This document shows, in pieces, positions 20,211-29,548 of a stretch of 64,000 nucleotides of DNA. The first letter of the stretch is position 1. Each line of letters opens with the position of its first letter. The translations under genes and the position numbers were made by a program. The notes beneath the pieces were generated by a model that saw nothing but the letters and a program-made list of their open reading frames with translations, was not told the DNA's origin and searched no databases. This DNA comes from Nitrospirota bacterium (lineage in GTDB: Bacteria > Nitrospirota > Thermodesulfovibrionia > UBA6902), in the NCBI GenBank assembly GCA_003354025.1, contig PIVU01000001.1, forward strand, positions 2,435 to 66,434, in the 5' to 3' direction.

Positions 20211-21602
20211 ATGCAGCGTATATTAGTTATCGACGATGAAGAGTCAATCCGTGAACTGTTAGCTGATTTTCTCGAGAGTAAAGGCTATGAAGTCGTTACC
20301 ACTCATGACGGTAAATCAGGCCTTTCTCTGCTCAAAGAAGACAAGTTTGACCTATTCCTCCTTGATCTCATGATGCCGGGCATGAGCGGTCTTGATGTTC
20401 TCAGGGAAACTTCTTCTGAAAAAATCACAATTCCTTCAATAGTAATAACAGCCTTTGCCAGCGTACAGACTGCTGTTGAAGCTATGAAGTTCGGGGCTTT
20501 CGATTATATTACTAAACCCTTTGTACTTGAAGATGTTCATATTGCAATAAAAAGGGCGCTTGATGTATCAAGACTTCAGGAAGAGAATATTCGGCTGAAA
20601 AAAGAGCTAAAGAAAAAGTTCGGGTACCATAAAATTATAGGTAACTCCAAGCAGATACAGGATGTAATCAAGTTCATCGAAAAAATTGCCGACACCGACA
20701 GTACTGTACTGGTTACGGGTGAGAGCGGCACAGGAAAAGAACTTATATCAAAGACAATTCACTATAACAGCTCAAGGTCAAAAAAACCTTTTGTTCCGCT
20801 AAATTGTGCTGCAATACCCAGGGACATTCTGGAGTCGGAACTGTTCGGACACGAGAAAGGCGCATTTACCGGAGCTATCAGTACGAGGCTCGGCCGTTTT
20901 GAACTGGCCCATAACGGAACTCTTTTTTTGGATGAAATTGGAGAACTTGCTCCGTCTCTTCAGGTGAAGCTTCTCAGGGTACTGCAGGAGAAGGAGTTTG
21001 AAAGAGTCGGCGGCATAAAAACAATTAAAGTCGATGTCAGGATAGTAACAGCTACTAACAGGGACCTTGAGAAGGCGGTTAAGGAAGGCATGTTCAGAGA
21101 GGACCTTTATTACAGGCTGAATGTAATACCGCTGCATCTGCCTCCTTTGAGAAAAATGAAAGATGACATTCCTCTGCTGATTGAGCACTTTGTTAATGAT
21201 ATTGCAAAAAGAAAGAAAAGGGACGCCCCGAGGTTAAGTGCTGAAACATTGGACTGTCTTGGCAAATACAGGTGGCCCGGCAATGTCCGTGAACTTGAAA
21301 ACCTTATGGAGCGGCTTGTAATATTAAAAGAGGGGGACGATGTTCTTCCTGAAGACCTGCCGGAAAGATTACGTGAAAAACGCTATGATCATGACATATC
21401 TACAAAGAGCCAAAGGCTGTCTTCAGATGGCGTAGATCTAAACTCCATGCTTGATGATTTTGAGAATAATATGATTGTGCAGGCCCTTGAAATCTCGAAG
21501 GGTGTAAAGAGCAAGGCAGCAAATCTTCTGGGTCTCAACAGAACAACACTGATCGAGAAGATGAAAAAGAAAGCTATCGAATTTGATGGCGCAAAAAAAT
21601 AG
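20211..21602 (+). CDS. Sigma-54-dependent response regulator (REC, AAA+ sigma-54 activator domain and HTH), NtrC/FlrA-like.
   Basis: GESGTGKELISKTIHY, the GAFTGA loop (EKGAFTGA), and a C-terminal Fis-type HTH. Confidence 0.85.
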   Translation: MQRILVIDDEESIRELLADFLESKGYEVVTTHDGKSGLSLLKEDKFDLFLLDLMMPGMSGLDVLRETSSEKITIPSIVITAFASVQTAVEAMKFGAFDYITKPFVLEDVHIAIKRALDVSRLQEENIRLKKELKKKFGYHKIIGNSKQIQDVIKFIEKIADTDSTVLVTGESGTGKELISKTIHYNSSRSKKPFVPLNCAAIPRDILESELFGHEKGAFTGAISTRLGRFELAHNGTLFLDEIGELAPSLQVKLLRVLQEKEFERVGGIKTIKVDVRIVTATNRDLEKAVKEGMFREDLYYRLNVIPLHLPPLRKMKDDIPLLIEHFVNDIAKRKKRDAPRLSAETLDCLGKYRWPGNVRELENLMERLVILKEGDDVLPEDLPERLREKRYDHDISTKSQRLSSDGVDLNSMLDDFENNMIVQALEISKGVKSKAANLLGLNRTTLIEKMKKKAIEFDGAKK

Positions 21603-21687
21603 ACAGTTAATTGAACACATTCCTGAGTTATGTCATTATAATGACACTTTCCTGAACTAGAAATCATTAAAAAACAATACCTTCCGT

Positions 21688-21703
21688 TGGCATGCTTATT
21701 GCT
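21688..21703 (+). promoter_or_regulatory. Sigma-54 promoter upstream of the AMIN/TPR gene.
   Basis: TGGCATgcttaTTGCT. Confidence 0.65.
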
Positions 21704-21714
21704 TTTTCTACGGC

Positions 21715-24072
21715 ATGACCATTTATCGCAGGTTGATGCTAATAACTTTTCTGTGCATTGTTTCTATAGCAATCTCTGCGCAGGCTTCTATACAGGAAAG
21801 CAAAGAAACCCTGATCAAAGTGCGGGCATGGAACCACGCAAAATACCTGAGGATTGTTATGGAAGGGTCTCCTGACATTATTTCAAAAGGCAGCGTAAGC
21901 AAAAAAGGAAATGATGTACTCGTAGACTTTGCAGGTACTGAATTCTACATTGATAAAATAACATTACCCGTAGATTACAGACAGGACAACAACAATCTTA
22001 TATTCTCATTAAAACAACCTGCAACTCTTAAGACATTTTCATTAAAGAATCCCAGTCGTCTTGTAATAGACGTATATGAAAGTAAAAAAAATAATAGCAT
22101 CAAAAAAAATAAGAAGAAGAAAAGTATAAAAGTTACAAAGAAGGACATAAAGGAACCCGCACTGAAGAAAGAAAAAAAGAATAAAGTAGAGAAAAAAACA
22201 GAAGCCAAAAAAATTAATAAAAAAGATTCTTCCAGGAAAGAAAAACAATCCGGCAGTTCTGAGAAAAAGACAAAGGACAAAGTAATTGCAGGCAGCAAAA
22301 AAAATAAAATTGATGACAGCTTTGTCCCTGAGAAATATAAGGGACTATGGGGATTACTGCAGGCAGGCAACTTCTATACCGTATTAAAGGAGCTTCCGAA
22401 CTTCGAGCCCAAGGACGTAAAATCACTTGCAGCATATCACTATATGTACGGTGACGCTTACCGTACTGCACAGCAGAACATGGATGCCATTAAACACTTA
22501 AGGCTTGCATACCTTTATGCTGTGGATGAAAAATTAAAGGAAAGGGCCCTGTTTGAAAGGGCGGAACTGTACAAGAAAACCAGACTGCACTATGAGGCTA
22601 GAGCCAATTATCTTGTATTCATAAAAACATATTCATCATCGAGCAGATTGGCCCGTGCACATCTTGGCCTTGCTGAGACACTCTCTCAAATGGAGTTGTT
22701 CAAAGAGGCTGTTACACACTACAAAAAGGCAGGCAATGCCCCGGAAATATTGTTCAGTAAAGCCAATACGCTGCAGAGAATAGGGAAAGTATCAGAAGCC
22801 AGACGTGCTTATGCAGATGCACTTGCTGTTGATAGTAAGTATCCCTCGAGGTCCGCAGAAACTTACTTTTTTATTGGTGAAAATATGCGTATGCTGGGAG
22901 AATTAAATGAGGCCAAGAAGCATCTCAGGTCATTGAGTTATGGACCCTATCGCGATAATTCACGTTTAAGTCTCGGACACATTGCCCTGGAACAAAATGA
23001 GACCGCTGAAGCAATAACAAACTTTAAAGTAGCGACAAAATCTGACGATAGAAATGTAAAAATTGAGGGACTATTTCATATTTCAAGAGCATTCATGAAA
23101 GATGACCGTTTGGAAGAGGCTGTGGAAAGCCTTGAGACGATACGCAATAATTATATTAATTCGAGTTTATACAAAGATACGCTTCTTGATCTGGCAGTAC
23201 TTTACAGGAAAGCCGGACAACTTAAAAAATCTGTTTCTCTTCTTAAGGAACTGGTATATGGCAAGAAACCACCGAAAGAAGCCTTTAATGAGCTGGAGAG
23301 TATTATTCTTGATGCTGGTAAAAATGTAAAGGAAGGCTCCCCGGATAACATTGCATTTATAACGTTATGGAGAGAGGTCGGACAGTGGCTGATTGACGAA
23401 AGAAGAGCGGATTTTTTAATACAGGTAAGTGAGAAATTAAGGAGTGAGGGCCAGTCTTTCTTAACTCTCTCAACATGGCTTGTTGAGAATGCGCCAAAAA
23501 AAGTAAGGACCAGAGCTGCAATTGATCTTGCTGACTACTTTATTGGCATCGGAAATGTAGAGGAGACCCGTAAGTACATGGACATAGCAAAAAGGGCGGA
23601 TTCAAAAAGCGATGCTCTCCTGCGGGTGGAAGCAAAAGTCCTTTATTCAGATGGAGAATACAGAAGGGCCCTGGGGAAACTTATGTCAATTGGTAAGTTT
23701 GAGGCCCGCGATCTTGACCAGGTAGGTAACTTAATAACAAAACTGGGTACAGCCTCGGAAAGGCTGGAGGCTGTTGCTTTTTATGAGACTATTTTAAACA
23801 GTAATGACTGGGCAGCTGACAGTTATAACAGAATGGGCGACATACTATTAACCAATGATGAAAAGAGCAAAGCCCTTAAATATTACAAGATTGCACTAAA
23901 GAAAAGTCCTGAGGATGAATGGGCGGCATACAGGGTTGGGAATGACGGTGAAGCGCAGGAATCAAAAAAAATGTTTGACCAGTTGAAGACTTCCGATTCT
24001 ATGTTGGGCCGACTTGCCAGAACAAAAATAATGGAAATAGATCTTCTAAATAAAGTGAAAGAGGTGTACTAG
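21715..24072 (+). CDS. Secreted or periplasmic protein with an N-terminal AMIN-like domain, a Lys-rich low-complexity linker and a long TPR array.
   Basis: Signal peptide MTIYRRLMLITFLCIVSIAISAQA. N-terminal beta region ending in RLVIDVYE (AMIN-like). KKNKKKKSIK...KK linker. Multiple TPR-like helical repeats. Confidence 0.6.
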   Translation: MTIYRRLMLITFLCIVSIAISAQASIQESKETLIKVRAWNHAKYLRIVMEGSPDIISKGSVSKKGNDVLVDFAGTEFYIDKITLPVDYRQDNNNLIFSLKQPATLKTFSLKNPSRLVIDVYESKKNNSIKKNKKKKSIKVTKKDIKEPALKKEKKNKVEKKTEAKKINKKDSSRKEKQSGSSEKKTKDKVIAGSKKNKIDDSFVPEKYKGLWGLLQAGNFYTVLKELPNFEPKDVKSLAAYHYMYGDAYRTAQQNMDAIKHLRLAYLYAVDEKLKERALFERAELYKKTRLHYEARANYLVFIKTYSSSSRLARAHLGLAETLSQMELFKEAVTHYKKAGNAPEILFSKANTLQRIGKVSEARRAYADALAVDSKYPSRSAETYFFIGENMRMLGELNEAKKHLRSLSYGPYRDNSRLSLGHIALEQNETAEAITNFKVATKSDDRNVKIEGLFHISRAFMKDDRLEEAVESLETIRNNYINSSLYKDTLLDLAVLYRKAGQLKKSVSLLKELVYGKKPPKEAFNELESIILDAGKNVKEGSPDNIAFITLWREVGQWLIDERRADFLIQVSEKLRSEGQSFLTLSTWLVENAPKKVRTRAAIDLADYFIGIGNVEETRKYMDIAKRADSKSDALLRVEAKVLYSDGEYRRALGKLMSIGKFEARDLDQVGNLITKLGTASERLEAVAFYETILNSNDWAADSYNRMGDILLTNDEKSKALKYYKIALKKSPEDEWAAYRVGNDGEAQESKKMFDQLKTSDSMLGRLARTKIMEIDLLNKVKEVY

Positions 24073-25274
24073 TGGAACAGGTTTCCAAGTTGAATGAGGC
24101 GTTTCAGAATTTTACGGAAGCGTCAAAAAGTCTTGAAACATACTACGATAAATTGAGTGAAAGAGTTCAGTACCTTACCCATGAGCTAGAGAAAAAAAAT
24201 GAGCAGCTAAACGAGGCAATCCTGGAAGTTGGAGAGTCAAAGGACTATCTGCAGACTGTACTGCAGAGTATAGGTGAAGTAATAATCGTACTGGACCATG
24301 AAGAAAAAATAACTATGATAAACAAAGCGGCAGAAGACCTTATCGGTCTTGATCCCGCCACCGTCCGGGGAACACATTTCAATGATGTTGATATGGAAAT
24401 TGAAACGGGTAAATCAGGAAGCCAGTTAATGGCTCATGGGAAAAAACTGGATATTATCCTTTCCAGGTCCGAGGTGAATGACTCGGAAGGGACTACACGA
24501 GGGTACGTTGTACTAATAAAGGACATTACAAGAATCAAGGACCTTGAAAAACAGCATGAACGCAACCAGAGGCTGATATCCATGGGTGAGATGGCTGCAA
24601 CAATAGTTCATGAAATCAGGAGCCCTTTGTGCAGCATAGAGCTGTTTTCCAATATGCTATCAAAAGACCTTGAAGGTACAAATCACTCCGATATGGCTAA
24701 TGGGATTTCAACGGGAATCAAGAGCCTTAACAATATTCTGACTAACATGCTTTTCTTTGCAAAGCCGCAGAGGCCGTCCTTTATTAGTATCCGGCTAAGC
24801 GATTCAGTAAGTGAATCACTGAACATGCTTGCACCCCTCATTGATGTAAGGGGGATTAAAATTGCATCGACACTGTCTGATAAGACTGTTAATGGGGATA
24901 TTGAATTGCTGAAGCAGGTGTTTATGAATGTGATCCTTAATGCTGTACAGGCGATGCCAGGGGGAGGCAATCTTAGCATTAACATGGGTAAGGACGGCGA
25001 CTATGCAACAGTCGCCATTTCTGATGAAGGTGAAGGTATTAAAACGGAAATTATTGAAAAGATATTCGACCCGTTTTTCAGTACAAAAGACAAAGGGACA
25101 GGTCTCGGGCTGGCAATAGCTCATAAAATTATGCAGAGCCATGAAGGATTTATAAAAGCAAACAGAAACGAAACCGGGGGAAGCACGTTCTGTGTATATG
25201 TCCCGGAGATAAATAATGAAATCAATGAAGAAATACAAGAAAAAATATATGAAGAGACAGGGAAAATAACATGA
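24072..25274 (+). CDS. Cytoplasmic PAS sensor histidine kinase, FlgS/FlrB-like. GTG start.
   Basis: HisKA H-box (ATIVHEIRSPL) and HATPase_c G-boxes (DEGEGI, GTGLGLAIAHKI). No TM segment. Translationally coupled to the downstream sigma-54 regulator. Confidence 0.8.
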   Translation: MEQVSKLNEAFQNFTEASKSLETYYDKLSERVQYLTHELEKKNEQLNEAILEVGESKDYLQTVLQSIGEVIIVLDHEEKITMINKAAEDLIGLDPATVRGTHFNDVDMEIETGKSGSQLMAHGKKLDIILSRSEVNDSEGTTRGYVVLIKDITRIKDLEKQHERNQRLISMGEMAATIVHEIRSPLCSIELFSNMLSKDLEGTNHSDMANGISTGIKSLNNILTNMLFFAKPQRPSFISIRLSDSVSESLNMLAPLIDVRGIKIASTLSDKTVNGDIELLKQVFMNVILNAVQAMPGGGNLSINMGKDGDYATVAISDEGEGIKTEIIEKIFDPFFSTKDKGTGLGLAIAHKIMQSHEGFIKANRNETGGSTFCVYVPEINNEINEEIQEKIYEETGKIT

Positions 25275-26578
25275 AAGAAAATATGAAATCAATACTTGTT
25301 GTAGATGATGATGATCAGATGAGGGCTGCTTTAAAAGAGGCTGTTGTAAGAATGGGTTATAACGCTGTTCTTGCCGAGGACCCTGAAGACGCGCTTAGAG
25401 CGCTTAAGGGCGTTTCTGTATCAATGATTGTTACAGATATGAAAATGCCTAAGATGGACGGACTCGAATTTATAAAGGCGGTGAGAGAGAGAATTGGGAA
25501 CCTGCCAGTTCTTGTTATAACCGGACATGCCACTGTAGAAAATGCAGTTGAGGTTATGAAAGAAGGTGTGTGCGACTATCTGATGAAACCCTTTTCTTTT
25601 GACTCTCTAACTTCAACTATAGAATCAATAATGTCCAGGTCTACTCATAAGGGTAAGGAAATATTAACGGAAAACGAGAAGATGGAGAAACTTATACAAC
25701 TGGCCGGCAGCGTGGCAACTAGTGACATGACGGTCCTGATTACCGGGGAAAGCGGTACAGGAAAAGAGCTTCTGGCACGATATATCCAGAAATCAAGCCG
25801 TCGGAGAGAGAAACCATTTGTAGCAGTTAATTGTGCAGCTATTCCAGACAACCTTCTTGAGTCCGAACTGTTTGGATTTGAAAAGGGCTCGTTTACCGGG
25901 GCAAATGAAAAGAAGTCAGGCAAGTTTGAACATGCAAACGGAGGAACAATTCTTCTTGATGAAATTGGCGAAATGTCATCTACACTTCAGGCAAAGCTTT
26001 TAAGGGTTCTTCAGGAAAAGGAGATTGACCGAATAGGGGGCAAACATCCCATTCCAGTTGATGTCAGAGTCATTGCCACGACAAACAGAGACCTTCAGGA
26101 AGAAATAGAGGACGGTAATTTCCGTGAAGATCTCTATTTCAGGCTAAGTGTATTTCCTCTTCAGCTGCCTCCGTTAAGGGAGAGGCCGGAGGATATAAAG
26201 TACATTTCCGAGCATTATGTAAAAAAGTTCTCCCTTGAGCTTAATAAATCAGTCACAGGATTCACCGAGGATGCCATAGATTTTCTTACTACCAGGAAAT
26301 GGAAGGGGAATATCAGAGAGCTTGAAAATGCAGTTAACAGGGCTGTACTTATTGCCAGTTCCGATTTTATTGGTGTAGATGATTTCATGCTTGAGGGTGA
26401 TTCTGCACAAAGTCCTGTCAGCAACGGCAGCATAAAGGACATGGAAATGGACATGATCATGAAGACATTGGAGGATACAAACGGTAATAAAACCAAGGCC
26501 GCAAAGCTCCTCGGCGTCAGTGTAAGAACTATCCGTAATAAAATTAACGGATATGGGAAAAATTTGCCGGGTGTGTAA
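25271..26578 (+). CDS. Sigma-54-dependent response regulator, FlgR/FlrC-like.
   Basis: REC domain, ITGESGTGKELLARYIQ, EKGSFTGA, and a C-terminal HTH. Sits immediately upstream of flgB. Confidence 0.85.
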   Translation: MKENMKSILVVDDDDQMRAALKEAVVRMGYNAVLAEDPEDALRALKGVSVSMIVTDMKMPKMDGLEFIKAVRERIGNLPVLVITGHATVENAVEVMKEGVCDYLMKPFSFDSLTSTIESIMSRSTHKGKEILTENEKMEKLIQLAGSVATSDMTVLITGESGTGKELLARYIQKSSRRREKPFVAVNCAAIPDNLLESELFGFEKGSFTGANEKKSGKFEHANGGTILLDEIGEMSSTLQAKLLRVLQEKEIDRIGGKHPIPVDVRVIATTNRDLQEEIEDGNFREDLYFRLSVFPLQLPPLRERPEDIKYISEHYVKKFSLELNKSVTGFTEDAIDFLTTRKWKGNIRELENAVNRAVLIASSDFIGVDDFMLEGDSAQSPVSNGSIKDMEMDMIMKTLEDTNGNKTKAAKLLGVSVRTIRNKINGYGKNLPGV

Positions 26579-26791
26579 AAATGTCCCGTCACAATATTGA
26601 CGCCCTTCAACGGAATACTGTCAGACATCAGGAGTCATCCTGCATGATATTAAAAGTCATAAAATTATCCCGCTAGATCAATGAATATAATCAGTTTATA
26701 AAAAGACATGAAATCAATAGGATACAGTGAGTCAACTTCAGTTTTTCGCTTTAATTCCCATGCCCTCTGAGAAATTCAAATATTTTATTGC

Positions 26792-26806
26792 CTGGCATGA
26801 TTCTTG
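26792..26806 (+). promoter_or_regulatory. Possible sigma-54-like promoter for the flgB operon, with a variant -12 element.
   Basis: TGGCATgattcTTGT. The -12 element GC is replaced by GT. Confidence 0.3.
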
Positions 26807-26845
26807 TAAGTATATATAACAATATGAGAAACGGGAGATATGATA

Positions 26846-27217
26846 ATGGATAAAAGTTTCGGCATTCTTCATAAAATATTACAGGCGACCGGCGCCAGAC
26901 AGAAGGTGCTTGCATCAAATGTTGCCAATGCTGAGACCCCGGGGTATAAAGGCAGGGACATAAAATTCGGCAAATTTTTAGGGAAAGAAATGAAACTGAT
27001 AACAACTAAACCCGAACATGTAAGCAATGCGGGCAATAACGGGGTAAACGGGAAAGTGGTGGTCAATGGCAATCCATCCTGGGGTGACGGCAATAACGTT
27101 GAGCTGAATGCGGAGGTTGCAAAAATGCAGGAGAACTCATTAACGCATAATGCTGCATTAAAAATATTGGGTACAAAAATTAAAATGTTCAAAACTGCGA
27201 TTTCATCAGGGAGGTAA
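26846..27217 (+). CDS. flgB: Flagellar basal-body rod protein FlgB.
   Basis: VLASNVANAETPGYKGRDIKF rod N-terminal motif. The start is taken at the second ATG for RBS spacing (GGGAG). Confidence 0.85.
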   Translation: MDKSFGILHKILQATGARQKVLASNVANAETPGYKGRDIKFGKFLGKEMKLITTKPEHVSNAGNNGVNGKVVVNGNPSWGDGNNVELNAEVAKMQENSLTHNAALKILGTKIKMFKTAISSGR

Positions 27218-27224
27218 ACTGTAA

Positions 27225-27626
27225 ATGGATATTTTTAAGGTAAGTGCATCTGCCCTTGAAGCAAATAGAGTGAGGATGAATACAATTGCATCCAATATGG
27301 CCAATGCGCAATCAACAAAGACCGAAGAAGGCGGACCCTATGTGAAAAAGAATGTTGTCTTTAAGACGCTGAATATAGGTCCGAATAGTGAAGGGTTAGA
27401 AGGGGTAAGAGTAACCGGTATTGTGGACAGTAAGGAACCTCCCATTGTTATTTATGATCCGGGACATCCTGATGCCGATGAGAACGGAAACGTTTCAATG
27501 CCAAATATTAACGTCATTGAGGAAATGGTTAATATGATGATGGCCGTGAGAACATATGAAGCTAACGTGAAAGCATTTAATATATCCAAGGGCATGTACC
27601 AGAAGGCCCTTGAGCTAGGGAGGTAG
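27225..27626 (+). CDS. flgC: Flagellar basal-body rod protein FlgC.
   Basis: MDIFKVSASALEANRVRMNTIASNMANAQST...EEMVNMMMAVRTYEAN. Confidence 0.9.
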   Translation: MDIFKVSASALEANRVRMNTIASNMANAQSTKTEEGGPYVKKNVVFKTLNIGPNSEGLEGVRVTGIVDSKEPPIVIYDPGHPDADENGNVSMPNINVIEEMVNMMMAVRTYEANVKAFNISKGMYQKALELGR

Positions 27627-27628
27627 TA

Positions 27629-27925
27629 ATGACTGATCTTCCAATAAAGAATATCGGCGCAGGTGCTGGCATAGGTGAGACGTCTCAAACAAAACAGGTA
27701 GCCCCTGAAAAGGGAAATTTCGAAAATGTAATTAATGAAGCCATCAACAAAGTCTCACAGGTGCAGGAAGATGTTGATAAAGCAGTGAATGCCTTATCCA
27801 GCGGCGGAGATATTACCAGTGCTGTACTTGCTATTGAAAAAGCTGATATGACATTTCAGATGATGGTTGAAGTCCGGAACAAACTCATAAGTACATACCA
27901 GGAAGTAATGAGAATGCAGATTTAA
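27629..27925 (+). CDS. fliE: Flagellar hook-basal body protein FliE.
   Basis: 98 aa. The C-terminus AIEKADMTFQMMVEVRNKLISTYQEVMRMQI is typical of FliE. Confidence 0.85.
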   Translation: MTDLPIKNIGAGAGIGETSQTKQVAPEKGNFENVINEAINKVSQVQEDVDKAVNALSSGGDITSAVLAIEKADMTFQMMVEVRNKLISTYQEVMRMQI

Positions 27926-27990
27926 CAGTAAATGACGAACAACGGTCGACGAACGACGATTAACGAATAACGAGAAGTTGAGAGGAGAGT

Positions 27991-29541
27991 ATGGCTGAGT
28001 TAAATAATGTTCTTGGAAATTTAAAAGAAATGCCCGCAGGGAAGCAATTCGTTCTTTTGCTTGTTATTGTAATAAGTATTGCCAGCATGGTGTTTTTTTA
28101 TAACTGGATACAGGAAGCTGATTATCAGGTACTATACTCAAATCTTTCAGAAGAGGATTCAGGAAGAATAGCCCAGGAATTACAGGCAAAGAACATTCCT
28201 TTTCAGGTTGGTGCCGGCGGGGCCCTTCTTGTTCCTTCCGGCAAGGTTTATGATGTGAGGCTGCAGCTTGCCGCCGAAGGTATGCCACAGGGAGGCAGTG
28301 TGGGCTTTGAAATTTTTGACAATACCAGTTTTACCACAAGTGAGTTTGTACAGAAGCTGAATTACCGAAGGGCACTGGAAGGGGAGCTGTCCAGGACTAT
28401 ACGTTCGCTTTCTGGAGTAGAGCAGAGCAGAGTGCACCTTGCCGTTCCCGATAAATCACTGTTTGCGCTGTCAGCAAAGAATACCGAAGCATCGGCCGCT
28501 GTGTTTATTACGCTTGCAAATGGAAGAAAGCTGAGCAGTAGCGAGGTGCAGGGAATCGTGAACCTGGTTTCCAGCAGTGTAGAGGACCTCAGTGCTGGAA
28601 GTATTACGGTTATTGACAACAAAGGCGATCTTCTTACTAAACCGTCCAGTGGTGATGCGATCAGTATAAGTGGTACACAGATGGAGTACCAGAATGGCTT
28701 TGAGAAGAGCATTATGAACAAAGTCGTCAGCATTCTTGAACCTGTTGTCGGAAAAGGTAAGGTAAATGCAAGGGTATCCGCCGAGTTCGATTTCACCCAG
28801 AGTGAAAGGACCGAGGAGACATTTGATCCTGAAGGCGCTGTTATAGTCAGTGAACAGAAAACAACTGAAAAGTCATCATCAGGAAATCCTGGATCAGGCA
28901 TTCCCGGCACTGAGTCGAATCTTCCGGGCGGGGCCGGAGTTGGATCATCCTCGCGGGAACAGTCACAAAAACAGGATGAAATGATAAACTATGAAACCAG
29001 TAAAACAGTAACCCATGTCGTGGAGTCACCAATAACACTTGAACGTATTACTGTTGCAATACTCATTGACGGCATACTGCCTTCTCAGAAGGATTCAATC
29101 GAAAACGCAGACAGTTATATTGTGAGAACGGAAGATAATATCAAGAGCTATGAAGACATAGTAAGGAAGACGGTAGGATTTACGGAGGACAGGGGCGACG
29201 AAATTACTGTATCCGTAATGCCCTTTGAGAAGGTTGAAGTAGCAGTCATGGAGGAGGCGCCAACTGATTATATGGCTATTGCGATGACTGTATTGAAATA
29301 TCTTGTCCCGTTAATTGTTGCCTTGCTTTTTGTTTTCATAGTGCTAAAGCCATTGATTAAATCGTTGACAGCACCTGTGCGGTCTGTAGGCCCGTCACCG
29401 GCGCTGGCAGCCGCTCAGGCGGCACAGCTGGAAGAACCTTTGAAACCTAAAGAGATACCAATGGAAAAGCAGGTCGTTGATTGGGCGGCCGGTAACCCGC
29501 AGGAAGCCGCAGGCCTGGTAAAAGGCTGGCTGGAGGAATAG
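27991..29541 (+). CDS. fliF: Flagellar MS-ring protein FliF.
   Basis: 516 aa with an N-terminal TM, a periplasmic ring-building region and a C-terminal TM. Position and fold are consistent with FliF. Confidence 0.9.
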   Translation: MAELNNVLGNLKEMPAGKQFVLLLVIVISIASMVFFYNWIQEADYQVLYSNLSEEDSGRIAQELQAKNIPFQVGAGGALLVPSGKVYDVRLQLAAEGMPQGGSVGFEIFDNTSFTTSEFVQKLNYRRALEGELSRTIRSLSGVEQSRVHLAVPDKSLFALSAKNTEASAAVFITLANGRKLSSSEVQGIVNLVSSSVEDLSAGSITVIDNKGDLLTKPSSGDAISISGTQMEYQNGFEKSIMNKVVSILEPVVGKGKVNARVSAEFDFTQSERTEETFDPEGAVIVSEQKTTEKSSSGNPGSGIPGTESNLPGGAGVGSSSREQSQKQDEMINYETSKTVTHVVESPITLERITVAILIDGILPSQKDSIENADSYIVRTEDNIKSYEDIVRKTVGFTEDRGDEITVSVMPFEKVEVAVMEEAPTDYMAIAMTVLKYLVPLIVALLFVFIVLKPLIKSLTAPVRSVGPSPALAAAQAAQLEEPLKPKEIPMEKQVVDWAAGNPQEAAGLVKGWLEE

Positions 29542-29548
29542 TAGATAG

